46,218 nucleotides of DNA from Candidatus Pacearchaeota archaeon (lineage in GTDB: Archaea; Nanobdellota; Nanobdellia; Pacearchaeales; GW2011-AR1): contig JASFEO010000009.1 of assembly GCA_050124795.1 (NCBI GenBank), forward strand, positions 1 to 46,218. Reading direction: 5' to 3'. This document shows, one piece after another, positions 10,442-19,601 of this stretch (the first letter of the stretch is position 1; each line of letters opens with the position of its first letter). Under the pieces are notes generated by a model that was given only the letters and a program-made list of their open reading frames with translations, was not told where the DNA came from and did not search any database. The translations under genes and the position numbers were made by a program.

Positions 10442-10469
10442 TTGACTCTTTACTCAAATATGCTATATT
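10442..10469 (+). promoter_or_regulatory. Sigma70-like promoter
   Basis: TTGACT-N16-TATATT with extended TG. Confidence 0.5.
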
Positions 10470-10476
10470 ACACTTA

Positions 10477-10632
10477 GTGGAAACCATAACTGAACAGTTG
10501 CACAAGATTATAGACAAGCTGGAAGATGAAATAAACGAGCATAGGTTTTGTACCCTTATTTTCAAAATAAAAGAAGGGGAATTTGTGAGGTTTGAGAAGG
10601 AATTTTCGGTTAATAGGGATGAGATGAAATGA
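10477..10632 (+). CDS. Small protein (51 aa, weak YezD/DUF2292-like), probably leaderless; not in ORF track
   Basis: GTG 7 nt after the -10 box; stop overlaps the YopX ATG (ATGA). Confidence 0.45.
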   Translation: METITEQLHKIIDKLEDEINEHRFCTLIFKIKEGEFVRFEKEFSVNRDEMK

Positions 10633-11114
10633 GAGAAATTAAATTTAGAATGTTTAGTAAAAAATTATCCCATATGTTTTATGACCAAGACAATGAAAAT
10701 GAGTCCTATCTATGGGATATGAAAAATAATGTAACTGGCGGAAAAATAGAAAATGATATTGATAATATCTTCATGCAATATACGGGACTTAAAGATAAAA
10801 ATAATAAAGAGATTTATGAAGGGGATATAGTAAAAAGACAATGTGTTCAATGTTATTTTTTACATATTGTCAAATTTGGCGAGTACCAAAATAGTGCTGA
10901 CTTTGATTCTGTAGATTATCTTTTTGGTGTGGGGTGGTATGTAGAAGAATATGCAAGTTATTTTGATTTTAGGGGTGAATTAGTAATATCAAAACATAAA
11001 AAAATAGAACCCCTTAGCCATCATGGAAGCAATTATAAGTCCCCAAGTCCCACGGGAATAGAAGTCATCGGCAACATCTATGAAAATCCAGAATTATTAA
11101 AAAAAATGAAATAA
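10629..11114 (+). CDS. YopX family protein
   Basis: MREIKFR...MQYTGLKDKN.KEIYEGDIV...EVIGNIYENPELL. Confidence 0.92.
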   Translation: MREIKFRMFSKKLSHMFYDQDNENESYLWDMKNNVTGGKIENDIDNIFMQYTGLKDKNNKEIYEGDIVKRQCVQCYFLHIVKFGEYQNSADFDSVDYLFGVGWYVEEYASYFDFRGELVISKHKKIEPLSHHGSNYKSPSPTGIEVIGNIYENPELLKKMK

Positions 11115-11157
11115 ACTTAATCTAACAACTTAATATTATCCTTGAATTTGCACAATT

Positions 11158-11191
11158 AGGGATTACGGCTAATAGCTGTAGTCCCTTTTTT
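11158..11191 (+). terminator. Intrinsic terminator
   Basis: AGGGATTACGGCT-AAT-AGCTGTAGTCCCT followed by a T run. Confidence 0.75.
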
Positions 11192-11367
11192 ATTATGGAA
11201 AACAAGTACAAATTAATAAGCTTTTTAGATGATGTAAGCTTAAAGACCTTAAACGAGATAGCAAAAAGGGCAGGGATTAAGTATATCATCAAAAAGAAGA
11301 AACTTAGGACATCAGAGAAGATTAACTATAAGAAGCTTATGGAAACTCCGCCAGGGTTTGGTGATAA

Positions 11368-11613
11368 ATGAGAAAACCCATACCAAAAGCATTAAGACCG
11401 CTTATAAGGGATATGCAGTTTCTAATAGAGCTTGTAGAAGACCCACGGAAAGCAGGTTCTATTGCCCTTATAAAGAAAATAAAAGGTGAAAGCAGAATAC
11501 CGACAAACGAGTATTATGATGATTTACTACATGATATAGAAGATGACATAAAATATACCCACTGGAAGCTAAGGAAAGGATTAGGATTTAAGCTTCCGGA
11601 TGGGTTAAAGTAA
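11368..11613 (+). CDS. Hypothetical protein
   Basis: GGTGA RBS; 81 aa. Confidence 0.5.
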   Translation: MRKPIPKALRPLIRDMQFLIELVEDPRKAGSIALIKKIKGESRIPTNEYYDDLLHDIEDDIKYTHWKLRKGLGFKLPDGLK

Positions 11614-11624
11614 GGAGGTGAAAA

Positions 11625-11903
11625 ATGAAGAAGATAAAGAAATTATTTTGGTTATTAAATAGAAAATTATCAGATAAAATATTTAAATTTAAAGTAGAAA
11701 AGATTTATGGATTGGAAAAGAATGGTAGATATATTTTTGTTGTAACCACCAATAGACCCATAAATAATAGAATGTATGAATTTCTTAAGAAAGCTTTTGA
11801 GAGAGAAAATAAGAGGTTATTAAAAAATATGGAGATAATTTCAGAGTTTATAATTTTAGACAATGGGTTGGATATTAAAATTATATCAAATAAAACATCT
11901 TGA
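11625..11903 (+). CDS. Hypothetical protein
   Basis: AAGGAGGTG RBS. Confidence 0.5.
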   Translation: MKKIKKLFWLLNRKLSDKIFKFKVEKIYGLEKNGRYIFVVTTNRPINNRMYEFLKKAFERENKRLLKNMEIISEFIILDNGLDIKIISNKTS

Positions 11904-11962
11904 CAAAACTTGCAATTTAATAAGAAATGTGCTATTTTCCAGTATGATTAGAATTGTCAGTT

Positions 11963-11985
11963 GAGTCAGGAATGGCTCTTTTTTT
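11963..11985 (+). terminator. Short terminator-like hairpin upstream of the packaging genes
   Basis: GAGTCA-GGAA-TGGCTC followed by T7. Confidence 0.5.
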
Positions 11986-12001
11986 ATGCCCAAATATCTA
12001 A

Positions 12002-12301
12002 ATGCCATACAAAAACCTCAAAAACTGCATGTATCCAGGCTGTAAGAACCTTGTCAGTAGTGGTAGATATTGTCATATCCATAGGGTAAATACACAGAAG
12101 TACAGAAATGATAAGAAATGGAAAGAGCTAAGAGAACAAGTACTGCAAGAAGAACCGATATGCAGGATATGCGGAATTAGACCAAGCACGCAGGTTGACC
12201 ACATTATACCGTTACCAGAAGGAGCTAACGAGAGGTATAACTTGCAGGGACTATGTAAGAAGTGCCATAGTGCAAAGACGCGTAGGGAAGTGTCAAGATG
12301 A
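12002..12301 (+). CDS. Packaging-associated HNH endonuclease (HK97 gp74-like)
   Basis: C..PGC...YC..H; W..LR..VL.EEP.CRIC; VDHIIP...NLQGLCKKCHSAKT; upstream of TerS. Confidence 0.88.
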   Translation: MPYKNLKNCMYPGCKNLVSSGRYCHIHRVNTQKYRNDKKWKELREQVLQEEPICRICGIRPSTQVDHIIPLPEGANERYNLQGLCKKCHSAKTRREVSR

Positions 12302-12438
12302 ATGATATAAAAGAGAAAATAGAAGAATTAAAGAGACGTATACTATATGGCGAGGTTGCAGATGATGAGGAGAGGCTGTTTATAATTAATGAGATTACTG
12401 ATTTGCAGATGAGATTGTATGAGAATTAGGCAAGCAAT

Positions 12439-12514
12439 GGGCAGGGCGGGTCAAATCTCTAAAGACCCCCGTAATTGCAATGCGCGCCAGTATCGCTCTA
12501 TAAATCGCGAAATG
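12439..12514. other. Putative cos/packaging-site region
   Basis: GC-rich GGGCGGGTCAAATCTCT...GCGCGCC...CGCGAAAT between HNH and TerS, the usual position in HK97-like cos phages; cut site not determinable. Confidence 0.5.
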
Positions 12515-12534
12515 AACTAAAATTAACAAATTAA

Positions 12535-12729
12535 ATGGAAAAAATATCTTTTATCGCGTCATTATCCCCAATACAATCAGCAATTAAGATTTCAGGTGAT
12601 GGTAATGGTGCAAGAGTACAACTTGAAATACCGCAAAGTGAATTAGCATCAATAATCAAACTTCAATTACTTACAAATCAAGCTTTCAGGGTAATAATAG
12701 AGCCAGGAGAGGAAAATGGGTACAGGTAG
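12535..12729 (+). CDS. Hypothetical protein
   Basis: 64 aa, overlaps the TerS start. Confidence 0.5.
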   Translation: MEKISFIASLSPIQSAIKISGDGNGARVQLEIPQSELASIIKLQLLTNQAFRVIIEPGEENGYR

Positions 12730-13198
12730 GAAGCCAAAACCCACATATTTAAAAATTTTAGAAGGAAATCCAGGTAAAAGGCCATTAAATGACAATGAAC
12801 CAATACCACCCAAAGAAATGCCCGATTGCCCCAGCTATATAAGGGAAGATCGCATAGCAAGTAAAGAATGGGATAGAATCGTGCCAATATTGTATGATCT
12901 AAACCTACTTACAAGAATCGATAGGTCCATTATCGAACTCTATTGCGTAAATTATGCACTTTTTGTCTGGGCCAATGAAGATATAAAAAAACATGGCCAT
13001 ATAATCAATACCCGCTACGGACAAAAAGCAAATCCAGCAGTTACTATGGCGAGGGAAGCAGCAAAGATAATAAAAGCATGTGCGGTTGAATTTGGCTGTA
13101 CACCGTCTTCCAGAAGCAGGTTAAAAGTGCCTAAGAATAAAGAAGAAGATGACCCGATGGAAGAATTACTCTCATCGGTGGGAAATAACAAAAATTAA
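12716..13198 (+). CDS. terS: Terminase small subunit, P27 family
   Basis: GRKPKPT.LKILEGNPGKRPLN...EW.R...NPAV...EFG.TPSSRSRL. Confidence 0.93.
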   Translation: MGTGRKPKPTYLKILEGNPGKRPLNDNEPIPPKEMPDCPSYIREDRIASKEWDRIVPILYDLNLLTRIDRSIIELYCVNYALFVWANEDIKKHGHIINTRYGQKANPAVTMAREAAKIIKACAVEFGCTPSSRSRLKVPKNKEEDDPMEELLSSVGNNKN

Positions 13199-14734
13199 AT
13201 GTATGATGCAAAAAGAGCTCAGCACGCTATTAAATTTATACAAAGTCTTAAACACACTAAGGGAAAATGGGCCGGAAAGCCTTTTGTTCTTTTAAAATGG
13301 CAGAGAGTCCTTATAAAAAAGCTGTTCGGGACCATTAATGAAAAAGGAAATCGCATATACAGAAAATGCTATGTAGAGATACCCAAAAAAAATGGTAAAT
13401 CAGAACTTGGGGCTGCTATTGCACTTTATCTGCTTTTTGCCGATAGCGAGATGGGGGCCGAGATATATTCTGCTGCTGCGGATAGAGAACAGGCTTCAAT
13501 TGTCTTTAATATAGCAGCACAGATGGTAAGGATGACTCCCGCACTTCTAAAAAGGTGCAATATCATAGACAGTAGGAAGCGCATAGTGATTTATGCGACT
13601 GGTAGTTTTTATCAAGTCCTTTCAGCAGATGTAAAGACAAAACACGGGTTTAATACTCATGGTATAATATTCGATGAACTACATGCACAGCCAAACCGCG
13701 ATTTATGGGATGTACTGACCGAGGGAGCTGGAGACGCCCGTGAACAGCCGCTTATCTTTGCAATCACTACGGCGGGTTATGACAAGAATTCCATTTGTTA
13801 TGAAGTACGGGATTATGCTTTAAAGGTCTCAAAGCACATTATAAAAGACAGGCACTTTCTTTCCATGATATACAGCCTGGATGAAAAAGCCAACTGGCAG
13901 GATGAAAAAAACTGGAGGAAGGTAAATCCGAGCCTGGACCGGATACTTGATATTGATAGGATTAGGCAGGCTTATAACGAAGCAAAGGAGATGCCCGCCA
14001 AAATCAATCTTTTCAGGAGACTCCGGTTATGTCAGTGGACCAGTCAAGAAACTAAATGGATGCCTATTGAAAAATGGGATGCTTCAAAAGGAGGAATAAA
14101 TCCAGAAGAACTTAAGGGAAAAATTTGTTATGGTGGTCTTGACCTTTCGAGCACGGTGGATATATCTGCTTTTGTTCTTGTATTTCCAATTGAAGGCAAT
14201 TACAAGGTACTGACAAATTTTTTTATTCCTGCTGATAATATCGAGCAGAGAGTAAGGAAAGACAAAGTACCCTATGATTTATGGGTGCAGCAGGGTTATA
14301 TCATAACCACGCCAGGCAATGTAATTGATTATAAATTTATCGAAGACACAATTGACAGGTTGGCCACAGATTACGAGATTGAAGAAATTGCCTATGACCC
14401 CTGGAACGCTACCATGCTCACCCAAAGAATTGCAGAAAAGGGCATGACTATGGTAGAGGTCCGTCAGGGTTTTGCTTCTATGTCAGCACCTACAAAACAA
14501 TTAGAAGCATTAATACTACAGAAGAAAATCCACCACGGGGATAATCCGGTACTCAGGTGGATGTTTGATAATATCATGTTAAGAAATGATGCAAATGAAA
14601 ACATAAAACCGGACAAGGAAAAATCAAAAGAAAAAATAGATGGTATTATAGCCCTTATTCTTGCAGTTTCAAGGGCAATGGTAAATGAAGATAGCCATTC
14701 TGTTTATGAGACAAGGGGAATTATAACTATTTGA
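13199..14734 (+). CDS. terL: Terminase large subunit
   Basis: Walker A PKKNGKSE, Walker B IIFDELH, ITTAG, nuclease GGLDLSS..D and KIDG. Confidence 0.97.
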   Translation: MYDAKRAQHAIKFIQSLKHTKGKWAGKPFVLLKWQRVLIKKLFGTINEKGNRIYRKCYVEIPKKNGKSELGAAIALYLLFADSEMGAEIYSAAADREQASIVFNIAAQMVRMTPALLKRCNIIDSRKRIVIYATGSFYQVLSADVKTKHGFNTHGIIFDELHAQPNRDLWDVLTEGAGDAREQPLIFAITTAGYDKNSICYEVRDYALKVSKHIIKDRHFLSMIYSLDEKANWQDEKNWRKVNPSLDRILDIDRIRQAYNEAKEMPAKINLFRRLRLCQWTSQETKWMPIEKWDASKGGINPEELKGKICYGGLDLSSTVDISAFVLVFPIEGNYKVLTNFFIPADNIEQRVRKDKVPYDLWVQQGYIITTPGNVIDYKFIEDTIDRLATDYEIEEIAYDPWNATMLTQRIAEKGMTMVEVRQGFASMSAPTKQLEALILQKKIHHGDNPVLRWMFDNIMLRNDANENIKPDKEKSKEKIDGIIALILAVSRAMVNEDSHSVYETRGIITI

Positions 14735-14901
14735 AAAATAAATTAAAAACATTCAAAAACAATTTAAAGGATAAATTTGGCCTTAGGGATTTTATAATAC
14801 TTTTAGGTATGGGAGTACTATTTTATGGTATATGGCTTATTTATCCACCAGCGGCCTATATTGCTTCTGGTATTGGTTTTATCTACTTAGGAGTTAGATA
14901 A
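14731..14901 (+). CDS. Small membrane protein between terL and portal (56 aa); not in ORF track
   Basis: TTG overlaps the terL stop and TAA overlaps the portal ATG; hydrophobic D..ILLGMGVLFYGIWLIYPPAAYIASG. Confidence 0.7.
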   Translation: MKNKLKTFKNNLKDKFGLRDFIILLGMGVLFYGIWLIYPPAAYIASGIGFIYLGVR

Positions 14902-16892
14902 TGGGAATTTTTACCAAGCTCTTTGAAAAACGCAGTTTTGACAACCAGCAGTGGATAAAAGACTGGTTAAGAGGTGCTGATTACGGCAACGAGACTTTTT
15001 CAGGTATAAATATAACGGAGAATAAAGCACTTAAATATTCTGCCATACTGGCCGCCTCAAGAATACTTTCCGAGGGTATTGCTGGAGTACCGTTATTTTT
15101 ATATAAGTATGTCGGGGAAGGTAAGGAAAAAGCACTAAAACATTCCCTTTATTCAATTCTTCATATGCGGCCCAATAGCGAGATGACCTCTTTTACTTTC
15201 CGCGAGCTCATGATGTTGCATTTAATATTCTGGGGTAATTTCTATGCGGAGATAAAGCGCAACAAGGGAATGGATATAACTTCACTCTGGCCGTTACTCC
15301 CCTGGAAGATGGAAGTAAAAAGGGAAAATGGAAATCTTATATATAAGTATAAACTTCCTGATAGTAAAGATAAGATAATACCGAAGAAAAATCTATTACA
15401 TATTGCAGGTATCTCTTTTGACGGGCTGGTCGGGAAATCCCTTATAAGTCTTGCAAGGGAAGCCATTGGTCTCGGTATGGGACTTGAGGAATTCGGCGCG
15501 AGGTTTTTTGGCAGTGGTGCTCAATTTGGCGGTTTTATAGAACATCCAAAGACTTTGGGGTCAAAAGCACATGAAAACCTGAGGGCATCCCTTAAGGAAA
15601 AATATACAGGTATATCTAATGCACATAAAATAATGATTCTGGAAGAGGGGATGAAATACAGCAAAAATATGATTCCCCTAAATGATGCACAGTTCCTTGA
15701 TAGCAGGAAATTTCAAATACTTGAAATTGCAAGGATATTTAATATATCCCCACATCTACTCAGGGATTTAGATAGAGCCACATTCAATAATATTGAAGAA
15801 ATGGGCATAGAGCATGTTATATACACGCTCCGCCCCTGGTGTGTGCGCATAGAACAATCCGAGACAATTCAACTGCTTGACCCGGCCGATATAAACCAGT
15901 ATTTTATAGAGCATGAATTAAAAGGCCTGCTTCGTGGAGATATAAAGACAAGGTATGAAGCGTATAACACAGCAAGGAACGGCGGCTGGATGAACGGAGA
16001 TGAAATAAGGGCGTTGGAAAATATGAATCCGATGCCCGATGACTTAGGCAAAAAATACTGGACACCGCTAAACATGATGGAATCGGGTTCATCCATGATA
16101 CCGCCACAGACACCGCCACCGCAAAACCAGGTCAGCAAAAGCAAAGTGGAACTGAGAGCCAGGAGAAGCGCGACACTTAAATCAAGGATAGCAAATAATT
16201 ACCGCGGTCTTTTTGAAGAGACCGCTTCAAGGATAATAAAACTTGAAAAAACAGGTATACTAAAAGCAGCTAAATCCATATTTAAAAAAAGGAACATAGA
16301 CATATTAAACTTTACCGAATTTCTGGAAGAGTTCTATGAAAAGAAATACGGAGAAATAAATAAACGCTCGAGGCCAGTAATAGATACTTATGGCAAGGTT
16401 ATATTCGGTGCGGCACTTGAAGAAATAGGAGCTGAGCTTGATAAGGCCAAGCTTGAAAAGTTTATGGAGGAATATACCGAAGCTTTTAATAAAAGATATA
16501 TAGCCACATCAAAGAGCAGACTGAATAAGACAGTTGCAGACGCTGCCGAAAGAGAGCTTGATTTATACAACGAAGTAGAAAATAAATTTAAGGAATGGGA
16601 ACAGACAAGACCACAGACAGTTTCTTTGAAAGAGACTGTTAAAATAGCTGGGGCAGTATCGCTTTTCACTTACGGTCTCGGCGGGGTACAGAGACTTATA
16701 TGGATAAATATGGGTTCTAAGAGCTGTCCGTTCTGCGAGGAGCTTGACGGCAAGGTCGTAGGGATAGACCAGCCGTTTAAGAACAAGACCGACCTTATGG
16801 AAGCAGAGGGCAGAGACCCTCTTACTTTCCCGAGTAATATTTCACATCCGCCGCTTCACGGTGGTTGTGTATGTATGATTAGTGCCGGATAA
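14901..16892 (+). CDS. HK97-family portal protein fused to a C-terminal MuF/gp7-like minor head domain
   Basis: HK97 portal motifs (PNSEMT.F.F, WGNFYAEI, DAQFL.SR.FQI.EIARIF, LLRGD..TR); C-terminal CPFCEELDGK...PPLHGGCVC. Confidence 0.9.
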   Translation: MGIFTKLFEKRSFDNQQWIKDWLRGADYGNETFSGINITENKALKYSAILAASRILSEGIAGVPLFLYKYVGEGKEKALKHSLYSILHMRPNSEMTSFTFRELMMLHLIFWGNFYAEIKRNKGMDITSLWPLLPWKMEVKRENGNLIYKYKLPDSKDKIIPKKNLLHIAGISFDGLVGKSLISLAREAIGLGMGLEEFGARFFGSGAQFGGFIEHPKTLGSKAHENLRASLKEKYTGISNAHKIMILEEGMKYSKNMIPLNDAQFLDSRKFQILEIARIFNISPHLLRDLDRATFNNIEEMGIEHVIYTLRPWCVRIEQSETIQLLDPADINQYFIEHELKGLLRGDIKTRYEAYNTARNGGWMNGDEIRALENMNPMPDDLGKKYWTPLNMMESGSSMIPPQTPPPQNQVSKSKVELRARRSATLKSRIANNYRGLFEETASRIIKLEKTGILKAAKSIFKKRNIDILNFTEFLEEFYEKKYGEINKRSRPVIDTYGKVIFGAALEEIGAELDKAKLEKFMEEYTEAFNKRYIATSKSRLNKTVADAAERELDLYNEVENKFKEWEQTRPQTVSLKETVKIAGAVSLFTYGLGGVQRLIWINMGSKSCPFCEELDGKVVGIDQPFKNKTDLMEAEGRDPLTFPSNISHPPLHGGCVCMISAG

Positions 16893-16904
16893 GTTTTAAT
16901 TATA

Positions 16905-16930
16905 AGACCTCTTTTTAGGGGTCTATTTTT
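16905..16930 (+). terminator. Terminator-like hairpin after portal
   Basis: AGACCTCT-TTTT-AGGGGTCT followed by ATTTTT. Confidence 0.55.
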
Positions 16931-16943
16931 ATTGGAGTTACAA

Positions 16944-17747
16944 ATGCCAATACCAAAACCAAAAGATACGGAGACAAAGGATGAGTTTTTAAAAAGGTGT
17001 ATGGGGGATTCACTTATGAACGATGAATATCCCGACAATGACCAGCGTTATGCTATTTGTAATTCTCTTTGGAAAAATAAAGATACAAAAGAGGTAAAAA
17101 TGGAAAAAACAAAAAAATCATATTTTGAATCCCGTTCATATCCTTTTGAAGTAAGGATGGTGGAAGAAGAAAACGAAGTACCCAAGATTGTCGGCTATGC
17201 TGCTGTGTTCAACCAGCTTTCTGATGACCTGGGTGGATTTAGGGAAAAAATCAAAAGAGGCTTTTTTAGCGATGTATTAGATGATGATGTGAGAGCCCTA
17301 TTTAACCATGATGAGAACATGGTACTCGGCAGGACAAAAAACGGAACACTTATTTTAGAAGAAGATAAAAAGGGTCTGAAAATTGAGATAACCCCACCCG
17401 AGACAAGCTATGCAAAAGATTTAATGAACTTGATTAAACGTGGCGATATAAACCAGATGAGTTTTCAATGGATTACCGAAAAAGACCAGTGGGATTCAGA
17501 AGATAAAAATAATGTCGTAAGGACTTTGGTAAAGGCGAAAGAATTATGGGATGTTTCACCTGTTACATTTCCAGCTTATCCGCAGACTATTGCGGGTATG
17601 CGCAAAACGACACCACCGAAACAGGTATATGAAAATCATCTCGAGGAGCTCCAGGAGGATAACTCAGATGAACAAAGACGCAGAAAAGAGCAGGAGCATA
17701 TTTCTGTACTAAGGAGAAAGTTATTGTTAAAAGAAAAGGAGAAATAA
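16944..17747 (+). CDS. HK97-family prohead protease with N-terminal extension
   Basis: IVGYAAVFN...LFNHD...LGRT..GTL...MSF...DVSPVTFPAYP; ATG 16944 after GGAG. Confidence 0.93.
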   Translation: MPIPKPKDTETKDEFLKRCMGDSLMNDEYPDNDQRYAICNSLWKNKDTKEVKMEKTKKSYFESRSYPFEVRMVEEENEVPKIVGYAAVFNQLSDDLGGFREKIKRGFFSDVLDDDVRALFNHDENMVLGRTKNGTLILEEDKKGLKIEITPPETSYAKDLMNLIKRGDINQMSFQWITEKDQWDSEDKNNVVRTLVKAKELWDVSPVTFPAYPQTIAGMRKTTPPKQVYENHLEELQEDNSDEQRRRKEQEHISVLRRKLLLKEKEK

Positions 17748-17750
17748 AAC

Positions 17751-19049
17751 ATGGACAAGTTGGAAAAACTTAACAAACAGAAGGCCGATATAGTAAAAGA
17801 AGCAAGGACTCTTCTCGATAAAGCTGAAGAAGAAGAAAGGGATTTAAATGAAGATGAGCAGTCTAAATATGATGAGCTTATGAAAGAAATAGATTCCAAG
17901 ACAAAAGCTATTGAAAGGGAAGAAAACCAGATAAAACTTGACAGCCAGATAAATGAACCCGCAGATGAGCCTCCGATAAAGAATACTCCCCAAGAGCCAG
18001 AAGAAAAAAGATTTAAATCCTTGAGTGAGTTTTTGGGTGCTGTAATTATGGCAGATGCTCCAGCAGACATAAGAAAAGTTGATCCGCGACTTGCAGAAAT
18101 AAGAGCAGCTTCTGGGATGGGAGAATCCGTACCGGCTGATGGTGGGTATCTAGTTCAGACTGATTTTGCATCAGAGATATTGCAAAATGCATATCAAACT
18201 GGATTACTTGCCTCTAAAGTAACCAGATTTCCTATAGGTGCAAATTCGAATGGAATTAAAATCAATGCAGTAGATGAATCTTCTAGAGCAACTGGATCAA
18301 GATATGGTGGAATCCAGATTTATCCAGTATCTGAAGCTGATACCGTAACTGCTAAAAAACCAAAATTTAAACAGTTGGAATTGGAACTCAGTAAAATAAT
18401 GGGTCTCTGTTATTTAACTGATGAACTGGTAGCTGATACAACTGCATTAGAAGCTTTTGTAAATAAAGCATTTGCAGAAGAATTTGGTTTTATGATTGAC
18501 TATTACATCATGAGTGGTAGTGGGGTTGGACAACCCCTGGGAATTATGAATTCCAATTGTTTGATATCCGTAACAAGGAGTGGGGCAAATACCATAGCAT
18601 TTTCTGATATAACTGGGATGCTTATGAGATTTCCTGCTTCTTCTAGGGGAAAAGCAGTATGGTTGATAAATCAAGTTGCAGAAGAATACCTATGGAATAT
18701 GACTGTTTCAGATGCTGGTTATATACCTGCATATATGCCTCCAGGAGGTATATCTGGTAGTCAATATTCAACCATAATGGGCAGACCTGTATTAATTATA
18801 GAGCAGACTTCAGATGATGTAGGTACTACTGGAGATATTATGTTAGCAGACCTTAGTCAATATGTAATGATAGATAAAGGTGCTATGCAGCAGGCTTCTT
18901 CAATGCACGTTAGATTTAATTATGATGAGCAGGTATTAAGGTTTACTTACAGAGTAGATGGGATGCCCTGGTGGAATTCTACACTTACTACCTTTGGTGG
19001 TAATAATACAGTAAGTCCATTTGTAGTGTTATCAACAAATAACGGTTAG
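17751..19049 (+). CDS. Major capsid protein, HK97 fold
   Basis: N-terminal coiled-coil delta domain, DGGYLV, G.G.GQPLGI, GRPV, R.DG; follows the protease. Confidence 0.95.
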   Translation: MDKLEKLNKQKADIVKEARTLLDKAEEEERDLNEDEQSKYDELMKEIDSKTKAIEREENQIKLDSQINEPADEPPIKNTPQEPEEKRFKSLSEFLGAVIMADAPADIRKVDPRLAEIRAASGMGESVPADGGYLVQTDFASEILQNAYQTGLLASKVTRFPIGANSNGIKINAVDESSRATGSRYGGIQIYPVSEADTVTAKKPKFKQLELELSKIMGLCYLTDELVADTTALEAFVNKAFAEEFGFMIDYYIMSGSGVGQPLGIMNSNCLISVTRSGANTIAFSDITGMLMRFPASSRGKAVWLINQVAEEYLWNMTVSDAGYIPAYMPPGGISGSQYSTIMGRPVLIIEQTSDDVGTTGDIMLADLSQYVMIDKGAMQQASSMHVRFNYDEQVLRFTYRVDGMPWWNSTLTTFGGNNTVSPFVVLSTNNG

Positions 19050-19082
19050 TTAATTGTTAAATTTTAATTATAGGAGAGAAAA

Positions 19083-19541
19083 ATGATTAATGTAGATAAA
19101 GTAAAAGTTGTGGAGGCTTTAGAGCCAGCAACGGATGCAGGTGGACTAACTGGTAAATATATCAGTCTAAAGAATATAGTTAAAGTCCACATAATAGCCC
19201 AAATTACACAAGGGGCATCCAATACTGTTGCACTTACTATTGAACAAGCGACAGCAGTTGCAGGAACTGGGCATACTGCCATAACCAATGTTGTAAATAT
19301 CTGGTCAAATCTTGATACTGCCACAAGTGATACTCTTGTGTCAAGGACAGCAGCAGTCAGTTATACGACTGATGCAGGAACAACGAATAAGGTCGTAGTA
19401 TTTGAATTCACACCCGATATTCTTGATGACGGTTATGATTGTATAGCTTTGCATGCAGGTTCTTCAAGCGGTTCTAATATTGTTTCTGCTGTTTATGTTC
19501 TTGAACTGAGATATAGCGGTGCAGATGTTGATGCAGATTAG
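19083..19541 (+). CDS. Putative head decoration protein
   Basis: 152-aa beta-rich, Ala/Thr/Val-rich protein directly after the capsid gene; assignment is positional. Confidence 0.55.
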   Translation: MINVDKVKVVEALEPATDAGGLTGKYISLKNIVKVHIIAQITQGASNTVALTIEQATAVAGTGHTAITNVVNIWSNLDTATSDTLVSRTAAVSYTTDAGTTNKVVVFEFTPDILDDGYDCIALHAGSSSGSNIVSAVYVLELRYSGADVDAD

Positions 19542-19556
19542 TCAAAGTTTAGGTAA

Positions 19557-19582
19557 AAAGCGCCTGGGCAACTGGGCGCTTT
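19557..19582 (+). terminator. Strong GNRA hairpin with weak U tract (attenuator or transcript stabiliser)
   Basis: AAAGCGCCTGG-GCAA-CTGGGCGCTTT. Confidence 0.55.
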
Positions 19583-19601
19583 GCCATGAAAGGATTGTAA
19601 T

